The notes: generated by a model not told the origin, from the sequence alone. DNA of 63,734 nucleotides, filler included, from Octopus bimaculoides (GCF_001194135.2; 6 parts of 6 records of this genome joined end to end with filler, not necessarily neighbours in it); one strand, 5' to 3'. Counted from the first letter of the whole stretch, positions 12,870-28,089 are shown. A program made the numbers and translations.

Positions 12870-14836
12870 ATAATCTTGTTTTGTATTTAAATACTGGCAT
12901 CATTACAGCCAGCAAATGGAAGTTTACTAAATAGACTTCCTCGATTTGTCGAGCTATACTTTCACAAAATGCGATGTCTTTTATTTGAACAATCCTCGTT
13001 GTCAAATTAAATACTCTGAAGAGGCTATGTTTCATATAAGACAAGAATAATTTCGTCTTCATGAATGCATCTAAGATATATGTAATATAAAGAAACTCAT
13101 TTAGTGACTAATTAAAAAGTAAGCATACTGTTTACCGAATCTGTGCTGTTCTGTTTCACTTAATAGATATTTATTAATCAAGAATTTAAATAATTTTAAT
13201 TTTATTAAAAAAAAAAAAACAATTGCGCTCTATAAACATGCAAATCCTCTCTAAAATAATATCGCGTAATGAATATTAATGCATAATGGTAAACATTTGA
13301 CATGACCAAGGCATTTTAGAGTGTAAAATATTTTATAAAAAACATTTATCATCCATGTGAATTGGGTAAGATAAGAGTTTGAAAGATGTATTTGCTGCTT
13401 TTTTTGTTTTTGTTTTGCGTCTTTTTTTTTTTTAGATATATTTTTAAAGTACGAGACCGTTTTACGCAACGTATCTTCCTGTAAATGCAGATGTTCTGAA
13501 AATCCATAAATTGGAGTGAGAGAGAAACTGCTATCCTATTCGTCTACGAGTTCTGCAGTTGTGAAGATACCGTCACAATAGATTTTGTTATACATGGCAG
13601 TCAAATCCTATCGATATTTCTTTCTGCCACTATTTATTTAGGAGCATTATATATACGGTAAGAAAACCGTAGGAAGCGTAACCAATGAATACCATTATAA
13701 TACAATACCAGTTTTCCAAAATGTTGATAAATTTCTCTTCTGATCTTTTGTGAGCTAGCGAAGAAAATCTGTGAAAAGAATATCCACAAAACATGTTTAA
13801 TAGCAAGGAAATATCAAACATTATCTGTTAAGTCAATAATATTTTGGATTATCACTGAATCCATTCTTGCATAGTTTACGACATGCCATTTCTCTTTCGT
13901 TGGATTTGTTCTTGTGGACAAAGTATTATATTGAATAATATTTCCTTAAGTACTGGATTGGTGACAGCTGCTGAAGTAATTGAATTATACATCTACAAGT
14001 CATGGAACATTGTTCTGTCTCTGAATCGTTTACCACTATTTGTACTCTTATGTATCAGACGACAAATTCGTGACGCGTATGCTACTGTATTATTGTTATT
14101 CAGTATTTTTGTTCGTGTGACGAAAGGAGCTCCATCGGTAGCGTTCCCTCCCAAATCCTGCGCGCGCGAAACGTTTACATCAATGAAAGTAAAAACAATG
14201 CGCTTACAAAGGGTTTTCAGCGTAAATATATTTTGTGCACTCATATTTTGGAGAGAAAGAAAATATTAACATACAGATTGTGTGTGTATATATACATATA
14301 TATATGAGGGAGTATCAAATAGTAAATGAAAACGGTCTGTGTGGGACAAGCCCTTTGTAGTTCTGGCTTTTACTGCCAGAAGCCTCTTGATGCGACACTC
14401 AGGCATTAGTCTGCCGACCGGCGGCGTCCTTTCGGGTCGTATTGCCACGAGGTGCGTTTTTATTTTGCAGTGGTTCTTCATTCTTGAGTGTAAAATATTG
14501 CTTATGTATGCAGGGAGACAAGTTTTCATGCCTAATTTTTAAGATGTTGTCAGTTGATTGAATAATTTCAATGAGTTAACGAAAGAAAAGTAGCGAGAAA
14601 GCATCTTACCTTGGTCTGACAAATTCACAAATGAAGTGAACTTGTCTCCCCAAGTTAAGATGCATTGTCGCTCCCTCACTTTCGCCAACTCATGGAGTTA
14701 GTGTTATTTGTGGCACTTGGACTTGTTTTTAACTCTTATTTCTAGCAATGCTGGTACTGTTTTTTTGTACCCTTATTTATTAATTTGCCTTTAGGGCACT
14801 TATATTATATGTATGTATATTTCTATTTGAGTTATT

Positions 14837-14869
<33 letters not shown>

Positions 14870-15126
14870 NNNNNNNNNNNNNNNNNNNNNNNNNNNNNNN
14901 NNNNNNNNNNNNNNNNNNNNNNNNNNNNNNNNNNNNNNNNNNNNNNNNNNNNNNNNNNNNNNNNNNNNNNNNNNNNNNNNNNNNNNNNNNNNNNNNNNNN
15001 NNNNNNNNNNNNNNNNNNNNNNNNNNNNNNNNNNNNNNNNNNNNNNNNNNNNNNNNNNNNNNNNNNNNNNNNNNNNNNNNNNNNNNNNNNNNNNNNNNNN
15101 NNNNNNNNNNNNNNNNNNNNNNNNNN

Positions 15127-15162
<36 letters not shown>

Positions 15163-18100
15163 GGTGTATGCGTAACAGTGCGCGCGTGTGTGTGTGCCTC
15201 TGTGTATATGTGTGTTTGTGTGTGTGTGTGAGTGTGTTAGTGTGTGTGTGTGTGTTTGTGTAAGTATAAACCCGATATTTGCTTCTGTGAATAAATTTGC
15301 AACAGACGAGTTATAAAATAAATAGTGACTTAAACCACGGCCATATAAAGAATCGGTTTTGTGTTGCTAAGTTGCGCTGAGAGATGTGATGAAACGCTTC
15401 GAATTACGGAATGGTTATTAAAATGATTTTAGTAAAGACTGACTCCAACGCTGAAAGCAACTTCAACGAATTATCATACACTGATCGGTTACATAATTTT
15501 CTTTCTGTGTATCCTTCGGCAAATCCTCGGTTTGAATCGAAATTTGTGTACTCTGTAAACATATTAAGATATTGGTAAATGAACTGTACAGCGGAAAAGA
15601 CATGTCCTTGCATATTGTTGCGTTTAATACATTTTCTTGATGTAAAATACCAATTATTTTAGATTCTGTTTCTTTCTCGTTACGCTTTTGTCAATAGTAT
15701 AGCAGCGCCATAGTATTTATCAGACACATAATACCATATCGTGTAGTATCATGTAGTTCTTCAGAGAACGTAAGTTTACCTCATACCTACAAATATATAT
15801 GACTAGAATCATAAAATTCTTCGAAATTAAATGCACTGTCTCGCCATCGTACGCCATTATCTTTTAGATATGTCTATCGTTATTAGTGAACAGCAGCGTG
15901 TCTGGTTTAAGGTTCAAAACGGGACCAAATACTAATTGTTTCCCTGGGTGTCTGGCAGGGAGAGTGAGAGTGGCGGAGTGTGTGTAAATCGATGCCGAGC
16001 TGACATAACGAAATACATTGCACTGCTGCACTGGATGGTCCGATGGCTATAACCTTGGCACACATACACCGCCGAAGTGCATATACATACATACGTATAG
16101 ATGTATGTATGTATGTATGTTTGTATGTTTTAGGCATGCATACATGTATGTTTTTATGTATGCATTATGTTTATATTATTGTATGTATGTTTGTACGTAT
16201 GCATGTTTGTAAGTATGTATGTATGCATGTAAATATCTATGTTTATATGTATGTATGGTTGTATGTATATATGTTTGTATATAGGTTTGTATGTATATGT
16301 TTGCATGTATGTATGCATGTTTGTATGTAAGTACGTTTGTATGTATTTATGTATGACGTTGTTCAGTTTTATTTCAAGATTTCTTACCAAGAGAGAAAAA
16401 TCCGGTTTCTCATCAAGGTCTAAGTCTTCTTCATTGGTATTTCAAAACCAGCAACAGAGATTTTTGATTGTATGTCTGCATATGTGCAGATTTGTATGTT
16501 TTGCTTTATGTATGTCTTCTCATGCATATAGTTGCGTATTTAGACATGCTCTTATATATTTAAATGATAAACTTCTGGAAAGTTTTTCAAATGTGTACAG
16601 TTCCAGCGATGGATTGGATCTGTAATCTTCGAATTAGCTTTCTCCTTTCTGGTTTTGAGAAGCCTAATTTCTTAACATTGGTATATAGGCAGCGTGTTAC
16701 ATATCCCAGGGCTCCAATAATTACAGGTATAAACCTGAACTTGTATGTCTGTATCTATCTACCCATCTAAAGTATAGTTTGTCGTATTTGTCTCCATGTT
16801 AATGTTGGCTAACGAATTAGATCAAGAGATGAAATGCTCAAAAAAGACACTTCATACGAGCGGGGTCTTCAGTTCGACCCTACCGTGTAGTACCTTAGAG
16901 AAAATTCTGTAATTGATGAGCGAGATGATTAATACCTTCAGTGAAATTTGTAAGATTCAGAATAAGTACGGAGGATGTCGTCTGAGTGCGTATGTTTGTT
17001 ATCATGTATGTGCGCATACACACACATACACATACATACACATATATTAGGATATTTACTTACATTAGACACACATATATTCATATAAATTCATTAGCCT
17101 TTATATAATTTATCCACACATATATTTCTTATGTTGTTTGTTGTATGTTGAGACGCGCTGATTATCATCATTTTGGAAGGTGTTGACGGAGATATATTTG
17201 ACGGCGTGTCGCGTACAAGAAATTATGTTTGAAATAGATAATTAGATCAATTATACCAATTAAGACACTACTCTACGTATCAATTATAATTCTTACCCTA
17301 ATTAGAGAGTGTAATGATATAATGTCTGGCTACCAGAATAAAAATTCAGATATCACTACGATGATAACTCCATCTACAGACGAATTACTGACATGTTCGT
17401 TGAAATGGCGTCATACTAACATGGGTGATTGTGTGCCGTATCGCATTCACATCCACGTGACCATAGATGTATATTTTATCTTATCTTTAATGTACGTGTG
17501 GGTTTGTATGTATTTGTGCGTTTGGGCGTGTGCATATAACAGAGCAAGCCAGCAAATATGTATGTACCCATAACTGCATATATATACACGGGTGAATCAT
17601 TTCTAATATATATGCTATATAATTTAATATATTAGTAACATATAATATATATGTTATATATATATATATATNNNNNNNNNNNNNNNNNNNNNNNNNNNNN
17701 NNNNNNNNNNNNNNNNNNNNNNNNNNNNNNNNNNNNNNNNNNNNNNNNNNTGTGTGTGTGTGTGTGTGTGTATGTGTGTGTGTGTCTGTGTGTGTGTGTT
17801 CATATATATCTCTATGTACGATGTATAATGTAAAATATATACAATATATACGAACGCATGGGTATAATATATTATATTATATATACAATATTATATCATT
17901 ATATCATATTACAATATCCTGTTTTATATTGTATTACATATTATACACGTGTGCGTTTGTATGACATATGTATATAGAGATAAGTGTGTATGTATGTATA
18001 TATATTCATGTATATATATATGTATGTATGTATATGTATATGTATATGTATGTGTGTGTGTGTGTGTGTGTGTATGTGTGTGTGTGTGTGTGTATATATA

Positions 18101-18169
18101 CTATGTATGTTTATACTACCGGTGAACTGGCGTCATAGTTAACATGACAGTCAAAATGAGCGCCATTTC

Positions 18170-18360
18170 AACTGTCTTACGTTCTGAACTCCAATTACGC
18201 TGAGGTCGATTTTTCGTTGAGGCGGATGAGTGGGGGTGTGTAAGTAGTGTCGGGTCTAGTCCCACTGTATGCGCAGCAGTGGGACTGTTTCCCAGCAACT
18301 TCGGACCTACCAAATCTACTTAAGTATACTTGGGAGACGGAATCTGAATGAAACCATCGT
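18170..18360 (+). mobile_element. Degraded SINE A and SINE B remnants
   Basis: ttacgttctgaactccaattacgctgaggtcgat (A head) and tagtcccactg...gggagacggaatctgaatgaaaccatcgta (B body). Confidence 0.5.
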
Positions 18361-20353
18361 ACTATGTGTATATATGTAAACACACACACATGCAAATACA
18401 AGAACACTCACACATATATATATATATACACACATGCATACTTGTGTTTGTATGCGTGTGTGTGAGTGCAAATGTTTCATGTATTTTTTGGTGTTATGAT
18501 TAGCTTATGCCACTATGTATTTAAGACTTCTGAATACAGTCTTTCACCTGCACACTTAAGTGATATTTTTCCTTACACATTCCGATCATAAACACACACT
18601 CACATGGCCATACACACGCAAACACTATCAGATGCACATACATACTCATACACATACACATATACATGCACGCAGGTATTATCTATATGTGTGTGTGCAG
18701 CATGTATGCATACCTTTTTGGATATGTATCTATGTGGAATTATATATACAATGATGCTTTAATTCATCTGTTGATTGCGAAATCACGTGTGTCTCACTTT
18801 AGTGCATCCTTTAAATACTTGTCTAACCGTTAAATGCCACAAAAGAATTTAATGTGCAAATATTTGGTTGCGTTCATGAAAATATTCAACTGTAATACTT
18901 CGGCTTCTCTTAAGAAACAAACAAATATAACATCGTCAGGTTATCATATTTTATAGAACATCAAACACATCAATTTCAACCGATAATGTTTCATAATAGC
19001 TTTTAAACCAACACTGAACCATTATGGAATTAGAAATAGCGCACTATGTTAGAAATTGCAAAGATATTAAATTACGCATATAGTAGAAATATAAAATATT
19101 GAGAAATATATTAATGTAAAAAAAAAAAACGCACACAGAAGCATACGCATGGATATCATGTGTGTGATTAATTATAAGGGGAACACTTACAGAGTCACAC
19201 AACGCATGAAGGCCACCACATATATGTACATACATGTGTCAATGCGTGTATACATACACACAACACATATATACATATCGCATGAAGAAATGAACGCATG
19301 AATATGAGCCACACAGTGTCACATGGACTATGATCGTAAGTAACATTTGAAATGTGGAAATGCGCGCAGCGATGCATTAGAATATTTATAGATTCCAATC
19401 CTTAAATCATTTTTATTAGTATTTTCATAATCATCTTTCAAGTCTTGCCGAGTGTCTTCCTCATACCTAGGGCAGAAAAAACGTACAGTAGACATTGGTA
19501 GGCCCTTAAAAAAAAACAGATATGGATAGATAGATAATAAATATAGATGTGCATATATATGTATATATTTAGATATGTACTATAGATATATAAGGAGAGA
19601 CAGAGAGATAAATACATAGATAAATATTTATATGTATACGTTGACACATATATGAATGTATTCATGGGTGTTTCTTCTTTTGTGAGTGTAAGTATTATAT
19701 AATGTTGTGTGTTGCGTTTCTTACACTCAGACACTACAGTTGTTTTACTGAAACAATTGTCGTTGAATTGAATGCTAACGTATAGATATGAGGTTGTCAA
19801 ATTGTTATAAATATAAGTGAAAGCGTTGTTTCTTTTTTGTTAAAGTTAATTGTATGTTAGATATAATTTTATTTTCACATATTTAAACATTTACATAATT
19901 TGATATCTGCCAATTTTGAATTTTACAAATTACTTAAATTTCATAGAATACACAAATTTCCTCCCTGCCCATCAGCATATATATATATATATATATCATG
20001 TTTTATGTTGTCTAAATGTTTCATGAAATAGATGCATAAATATTAAATAAATGTTCTGTATGTCTACATGATATGTCGTATGAAAATTTTCCAAATATGG
20101 GAAGACGGTGCTGCAGAATATACAATAATATTCATTGCAAATATATGTACACAGTTAGTGGCAGGTTGATTTCAAGGTAAAATAAAAGCCACATGTAAGA
20201 AAAGAGGTAACTGAAAAATGAAATGAATCATGTTAATTACAATGAAACTATGGCAAATAGATGTGTTTTTATGTTTATATTCATACATATCTCTGTATAT
20301 ATGTGCAGTACATATTCACACATATAGACACTCATATATCACTACTCACATAA

Positions 20354-20399
<46 letters not shown>

Positions 20400-20699
20400 T
20401 ACACACATGTATATATATATATATATATATATATTAAATTCGTTTAAGGTAACGTCAGTGGTGTGCAAATAAAACTTCTGTTTCAATATGCCGGCTACCG
20501 TTTAATGTTACTGACGAGTGAGACAGATTTTCGGGGTTGCATCATGGTTATATCTATATAATGGAGGATAAATATAATAATAAGTATAATTCTGGGATCG
20601 AATTTATAAATATTCAATACATTGTTACATGCGTTTCCACAAATCATATAATCTTGACATCAGAATCAGTATCCTTGGGATTAATTAAGTACAGTATTG

Positions 20700-20985
20700 C
20701 CCATATTATCACTGGGCATCCGGTTGATCATTTGATCAGGCGATGCTGCATCAGTGGATGAATCGTTGAGAGATGTTTATCCCTTCTTGCCCATATAAAT
20801 GCCATTCTTGCTATAAAAAGGACTTCGCTGACCACTACATTTATATATTTTTTCTCCTTGTTTCTCTCCTTATTTCTTTCTGTGTTCCTTTCAGTTGAAG
20901 AGTGTGGGCTCGAAACGTCAACGACTTTCTCTGTTTCCGAGCGTTATACTAATACATCCATTTGTTGTTTACACCACCTGTCTAC
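20700..20985 (+). mobile_element. Penelope-like terminal-repeat remnant with a degenerate hammerhead-like motif
   Basis: ttgaagag-tgtggg-ctcgaaacgtc at 20895-20919 followed by ttatactaatacatccatttgttg; the ctgaNga...cgaaacgt pattern is typical of PLE ends. Confidence 0.45.
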
Positions 20986-22556
20986 GTATATATTTATATA
21001 TATTTGACTCTGAAGGTTGGATTTTCATTGAAGGCTAAAGTTTCATTCCACTGACGATGAATACAACGCCGTGAAACTCGTGCCCCGAGAGAGAGTTTCA
21101 GCTTTATTTTTAAGAGAAAAACATATCGTCTGCAACAAATGTTGCACATTCCTTTAATATTTCTTGACAACACAGTCAATGTGCATATATGTACATAACA
21201 TACTGTAATGCAATATGAATACAATCTAAAACATGTGCAAGCACACAGTGAGACATATATTATTTGGCGTAACGGGAAAGCAACATAGCCTCATGAACAC
21301 AAACACACACATACGAACCGACACACATACTTCCACCTCAAATACAATATATTCCAACTTTGTTTCATAGTTCTTAGAGAACAAAGATTAGTTGCTGCAT
21401 CGGACTAAACTGTGGTGCTGTTCGTAACTAAATGCATATAATTCTTACTGCATACATTTACGTACGATTTCTTATGATATTTTGATAAAATATGGATTCC
21501 TATGGACGAAATACTGGTCCGCTCTATTCTACCATGCAATTCCACACAAGAATATTCTGCCTTCAGATCTATGCCTACAAAAATGACACTGCTCTTTTCT
21601 TTTCCCATCCATATTCACGTGAATGCCAGTATTGGTTGGGTAAGGTTCGTCGCATTCGTCTATACTCTTACCCATAGAAATTTATGGTTTTCGTGTCGAT
21701 ACAACAAATCGATATTCCTTTCTATTTATTTCCCGGATACCTTTAGTGTTTCTGCTCAATCGTTAAGTCATTTCATTGATTGTTTCATAAAATTCCATTA
21801 ATGCATATCAACCTTTAGGAGAGAACGAATGTAAACATAATTTTTTTTTGTTCTGAAACTGAGCGATGAGCTATCGTATAAATACATATATATAAATTCG
21901 CACGAGCACAAACACACAGGCACACACACACACACACATACAGACACACATCCATACATACACACACACTCACGGACTTTCATATACACTAAATTACGCA
22001 TAAACATACCCACATACCGAAGCACTCTCATATGCGTATAAAAGTATATGCAAGCGTATACGTGTATATATAATTGAGTGTGGTAAGTGGATGTGGGTGT
22101 ATATGTTAACTTATTCTTTCACAAAAAAAAAAACGAAAAAAAATCAATTTACTTCTCTGTAAATTACCAGCATTTATTTTATAGAAAATTATATCTATTA
22201 GCGAATCATATCCGGAAGGTATGTTAATATAAAGTAGAATTATAGATAACATTTATTAGTTTTTTGCTTTTTTTGACTTCGTATTAGCTATTATTCAAAA
22301 TAAATATATTTTAATATATTTTATTTTATATATCAACCAAATGCATAATATCCAAGTGCCGTAAGAAAAGTAAAAAAAAAAATGTAAAACCAAATTCATC
22401 ACAAATAGTGTAATAATCTGAAGAAGCGAAACATCAAAAAAAGAAAATAACAACGATATTAAAATAACAACAACAACTATGATGACGATGATTATGGTGA
22501 TGGGGACGATGATGGCAATACTGATAATAATAATAATAATAACAATAATAATAATA

Positions 22557-22603
<47 letters not shown>

Positions 22604-23348
22604 TATTATAAATAACAATAATATTAATAATAATAATGTTGATGATAATAATAAGCGTGCATGATGCAGTCATTGTTGTGATATCAAAGCTGTGTTATTT
22701 AAATCGACTGAATAAGAATCACAATCTAACGTTTCTAATCCATAGTGGGGAAAACGTTTGTTGTATCAGCAACTCATTTCCATGTTGTTGTCGTGTTCAC
22801 AGAAAAATTTACAGGAATTGCTACATCGTTCATATGTCTTTTGTTCCGATAATCTCTATTCATCATTTTATTCAGAATGTGTTATTTATTTATTTTCATT
22901 GTTTTTGCACCCTTTTTTTTTCTTTCTATTTTCTTTTTCTCTCCTTCGAAATATTCAAAGCATTTTATGGCAACAGAGAATAAGGCTATGTCAAATTGTA
23001 TCGCTTTTTATTGCGGTACCAGTTCTGAATTACAAAGTTCCTAATTTCATTTTAAAAAAAAACAGATAATAATAATAAAACAAAATAATAATCACACTTT
23101 TTTATGAGGGATCACACATTTGTGTTTGGATCTTCAGATATTTGTTACGCCTCCCCCTCCGATGCGTTTTAATCATTGTTCATATGTGAAAAGAAATTCG
23201 GGTGCGTAAGGAAAGGGACGAAAGTGACAGAGAGTGAGAGAGGGAACATTTTGTTCGCTCAAGGAAATTCCTTCATTCCTTCCAGTGCTTCGTCGATACT
23301 TTCTCTTTTATGCGTGTCTGTATATATGTATGCATCTATGTGTGTACG

Positions 23349-23430
<82 letters not shown>

Positions 23431-25804
23431 ATATGTACCAGCGTTCGTGCATATGTTTGTGTGTGCGTGTGTACCTGTAGGCGTTTATGTATTTATTTCC
23501 TAGAGTGTGCTTACCATCTATAACAGCGGATTGTATTGAAGCTGAAAAATGTCAACGGAAAATCTAAAGAATTTTCTTCCCGCGCTCAACCATTATTTTC
23601 TCATTCACACCCATACCATCATTTTATTTAACTAAATGTATTTCCCCTTTAACCCTCTGCCTCCATTCTTTTTTATTATATTACATACTCTCACCCTCCT
23701 CCATCTAGCCTTCAACCAAGTTTTATTTCCTTTATATTATTTTATATTATTTGCTTTTATTCAATGATCACGTGGCTTTCTTTTCATTTCCTTTTATTAA
23801 TTCTTTTATTTTCATGTATATACAGATGGATATTATAACTTGTTTTCTTCCATCAGCATTTATGCTCCATGGAACTGTCCTTAGTCACAATGCCGTAATA
23901 GTAAATGATTTTTCATATTAACACACCATGGCAAAATCACATTGAACGTCTATGTCTGATGAATGTCTAATTAACCACTAATGACAATATGAAATTTGAA
24001 AAAGTGTACGCATCTTGATCAATAGCGCGTATTATTTTATATGCTTATGTAAATACATATATACATACACGCAATCACATAAATATGCACATCCACGCAT
24101 ATTCACACACACGCACACACACAAACACACATATAAATACATATGTATATGTAAGTTTGAATATATATGTATAAGTCTATATATATATATATATATGTGT
24201 ATGTGCGTGTATATGTACGTTTTGTAGAGACATACTCATGCACATATGTATGTATGTATGTATGTATGTATGTGTGTGTGTGTATGTACATTTTGAACCT
24301 AGGGACAGACACAGACAAATAATTGCAATTTCAGCGTTTCTCTTCGTATTAGATATTTGCCATAATTTTTAGGTATCATCACATGTTATTGTCGTGTAAA
24401 TTTATGACAAAAATGCGTGTCTTTGTTGTCCATGACACACACACATCGTAACATATTCCACTATTCGTTACTATGGTGGCTTTGTTCTTTCATTTTCATG
24501 AGAGCAGTATAGCGATTGTACATCAATATATTTTCCTGTATGTGAAGGAAATAGATGAAAAAAATGAAGAAAAGAGTTTTCCTCTAAACTGAAAATTTTG
24601 ATTTACATAATTAAACTTAAAAGTACTCATATTTCTTCCCTAAAATCTCTAACAATCTCCGTTGTTTCAACTCTTTCCTCCTCCTCATCTAACAGTTTCT
24701 TTCTTTCTTTATTACTTAATGGTAATCTTTGTTTTCTCATTATTTTCTCAGTCGTGTCTGTCTGTTTAATTTCCAATGAAGACAATTACTTGAAATAAAT
24801 GTAAAATACTACTTATAAATAAAATAATGAATTGAGTATTGGTTACATCAAGAAACACCAAGAAGCCAGTTATAGTTTGGATAAAAACATATCAAAAGAA
24901 AGGTGAAATATAAAATAATTTAGTTCTGCTTAAATATATTTTGAGTCACTTGAGAAAAATATTAGTATATAAATATATATATACACATAGACACTACTCA
25001 TTGTATATATATATGTGTGTGTGTAAATACAGAAAACAATAACTGTGTCTGCGTGTGTATATCTCTTCATTAATACATACATGTATACATACATACACAC
25101 ACACATATATATATTATACATATATGTATGTTCACATACGTATATATATGTATATGATGGCTATTCGTCGTAGTCGATGCATCAGGGCCATAGAATCATA
25201 CTTTCTTTTATTTTTAATTCATATTCTAGTGTCAGTGAAGTAGTAAATAAAAATAAGGTTGAGCTTTACTCAGTGGATATCGTACACCCGATATATAGGA
25301 ATATCATATATACACACGGTGAAGATTTTGGGTGAGGCATCTGGCGGGAGAATCGAATCGAAGTCAAGGTCATTTCTCTATAGAAGTGGCAGCATTTCTG
25401 TAAAAGAGCCAGAGTGTATCCAATGATGATATCAATTATATCTTTTGAAAATTACACGAAAATATATAAGCTAGAGTAGGCGAATCTATTTCGAACGAGA
25501 AGACACAAGCGTAGGAAGAGAAAGAGAAAGACAAACACTAAGATGATAATAACGAAAAGTAAATAACGAACTATTTATTTTATATTTATGATGTATTCAC
25601 ATTGCCAGTTATGTTTATATTGGATTCGTGTTTTCCTGTGTTGATACAGTGAAGAGGTTGATTGAAATAAAGCATACTAACAATATTAGGTTAAGCAAGG
25701 ATGTGTTTGCAAGACAGATACACATTTTGCCCATCTGTCTATCAATCTATCTATCTATATTTCTCTCTGTCTCTCTCTGTGTTTCTCTCTCTCTATCTCT
25801 GTGC

Positions 25805-25841
<37 letters not shown>

Positions 25842-25875
25842 CATATATACATGTAAAAATCTATCTATCTATCTA

Positions 25876-25907
<32 letters not shown>

Positions 25908-27447
25908 NNNNNNNNNNATATATATATATATAAATGTCTACATATATGTGCATATATATATTTATATATTTATATATATATATTTATATGAATATATGTG
26001 TATGTATGCATGTATCTATGTATATATATATATATACATGTATGTACAGAAGTAAATGTGTCAATAATATATCGTAAAGTAAAAGTAAAAATGAAAGCAA
26101 AAGAATATGTAAATATGTTTTAATTCAAACATCATCTCGGAATGGTGTGTATCTAAGAGTTTTATAAATGAAACACACTAAATCTCTAGAATAACAATTG
26201 GTTTTACAGGATAGCTGTGTGCAACCATCACTAATCCAATATTTTCCATCTTAAAACAACATTTTATTCTCATATCGCATTATATTATACAGATACGTTG
26301 TGATTGAATTAGATACTTTGCCATTGGCTAATCATTACGTCTCTCCCACCGACAGAATATATTTTTCCTTCTTTCTCTACCTCTGTCCCGATGTGTGAAT
26401 TTTACATATAGGTACTGTCTGATGTATGTAGGTATATATATATATATATATATATATNNNNNNNNNNNNNNNNNNNNNNNNNNNNNNNNNNNNNNNNNNN
26501 NNNNNNNNNNNNNNNNNNNNNNNNNNNNNNNNNNNNNNNNNNNNNNNNNNNNNNNNNNNNNNNNNNNNNNNNNNNNNNNNNNNNNNNNNNNNNNNNNNNN
26601 NNNNNNNNNNNNNNNNNNNNNNNNNNNNNNNNNNNNNNNNNNNNNNNNNNNNNNNNNNNNNNNNNNNNNNNNNNNNNNNNNNNNNNNNNNNNNNNNNNNN
26701 NNNNNNNNNNNNNNNNNNNNNNNNNNNNNNNNNNNNNNNNNNNNNNNNNNNNNNNNNNNNNNNNNNNNNNNNNNNNNNNNNNNNNNNNNNNNNNNNNNNN
26801 NNNNNNNNNNNNNNNNNNNNNNNNNNNNNNNNNNNNNNNNNNNNNNNNNNNNNNNNNNNNNNNNNNNNNNNNNNNNNNNNNNNNNNNNNNNNNNNNNNNN
26901 NNNNNNNNNNNNNNNNNNNNNNNNNNNNNNNNNNNNNNNNNNNNNNNNNNNNNNNNNNNNNNNNNNNNNNNNNNNNNNNNNNNNNNNNNNNNNNNNNNNN
27001 NNNNNNNNNNNNNNNNNNNNNNNNNNNNNNNNNNNNNNNNNNNNNNNNNNNNNNNNNNNNNNNNNNNNNNNNNNNNNNNNNNNNNNNNNNNNNNNNNNNN
27101 NNNNNNNNNNNNNNNNNNNNNNNNNNNNNNNNNNNNNNNNNNNNNNNNNNNNNNNNNNNNNNNNNNNNNNNNNNNNNNNNNNNNNNNNNNNNNNNNNNNN
27201 NNNNNNNNNNNNNNNNNNNNNNNNNNNNNNNNNNNNNNNNNNNNNNNNNNNNNNNNNNNNNNNNNNNNNNNNNNNNNNNNNNNNNNNNNNNNNNNNNNNN
27301 NNNNNNNNNNNNNNNNNNNNNNNNNNNNNNNNNNNNNNNNNNNNNNNNNNNNNNNNNNNNNNNNNNNNNNNNNNNATATATATGCATTTCATTATTATGC
27401 TATGTGATTATTCACACACAGTACAAAGACATTTATACATAGATATA

Positions 27448-27664
27448 CGAAAGGATGCTGAGAAGTTCCTAGCTCTAAGTGTATGCTGAATCGACTGGTT
27501 GGAGGCCCAACATTCCGTGTTCTATAACAGTGCTTAGAAAACCTGAGGGACCGCCGTAATCATTGTATGCATCTGAGCAGGGAGTATGTTGAATAAATTC
27601 ATAATTATCTGATCCTCCTATATTCTCTCTTAACTAAGGCCAAGAACTTTTCCGGACACCTTCG
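27448..27664 (+). mobile_element. Mariner-derived MITE (internally deleted element)
   Basis: TA dinucleotide on both sides; imperfect TIRs cgaaaggatgctgagaagttcctagc / ggccaagaacttttccggacaccttcg; the interior translates to CLENLRDRRNHCMHLSREYVE*, resembling the mariner transposase C-terminus (GI.KL..RW.KC...G.YVE). Confidence 0.75.
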
Positions 27665-27991
27665 TATTTACCATGAACATAGATTGACACAAAATATATA
27701 TGTATTTTTGCATCCATGTATCTCTCTATCAATTGATTGATATGTGCATCAGTATGATTGTATCTGACTTCACCATCTGTCTCTTATTCTCTTCAGCTAT
27801 CAAGCTAACAAGCAACTGTGACTATTTCATATTACATACGTGCGCGCGCGTGCGCGTGTTTCGTCGAATATATGTCTGTCTATGTGTTTCAGCATATGTG
27901 TGACTGAGTGTGTATAAATGTATGTACATATCAAAATATATATCTACGTATGTACTTACATAATAGTTTATATAATACTACAACATCGTGT

Positions 27992-28031
<40 letters not shown>

Positions 28032-28033
<2 letters not shown>

Positions 28034-28089
28034 GGTGCTCCAGCATGGCCACAGTCAAATGACTGAAACAAGTAAAAGAGTAAAAGAGT
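28032..28089 (+). mobile_element. SINE family B, 3' tip only
   Basis: gcggtgctccagcatggccacagtcaaatgactgaaacaagtaaaagagtaaaagag matches the B tail at 29195-29254. Confidence 0.8.

Noticed and set aside
12781-13062. 93-aa minus ORF MKTKLFLSY...
   Set aside because: Its stop falls exactly at the splice donor and it has no recognisable features. The alternative frame gives a spliceable hydrophobic N-terminus, though this ORF could act as an overlapping uORF.
13630-14542. Cluster of short ORFs on both strands with a CpG-richer patch
   Set aside because: Candidate exons could not be joined in phase, and no motif was recognised.
21049-21105. ctgacga...gaaactc...gagtttc hammerhead-like pattern
   Set aside because: Stem II cannot form and there is no stem I complement; only a short hairpin remains.
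24625-24785. Charged minus-strand reading ...KIMRKQRLPLSNKERKKLLDEEEERVETTEIVRDFREEI*
   Set aside because: Purine-rich low complexity explains it, and the best acceptor is followed immediately by a stop.
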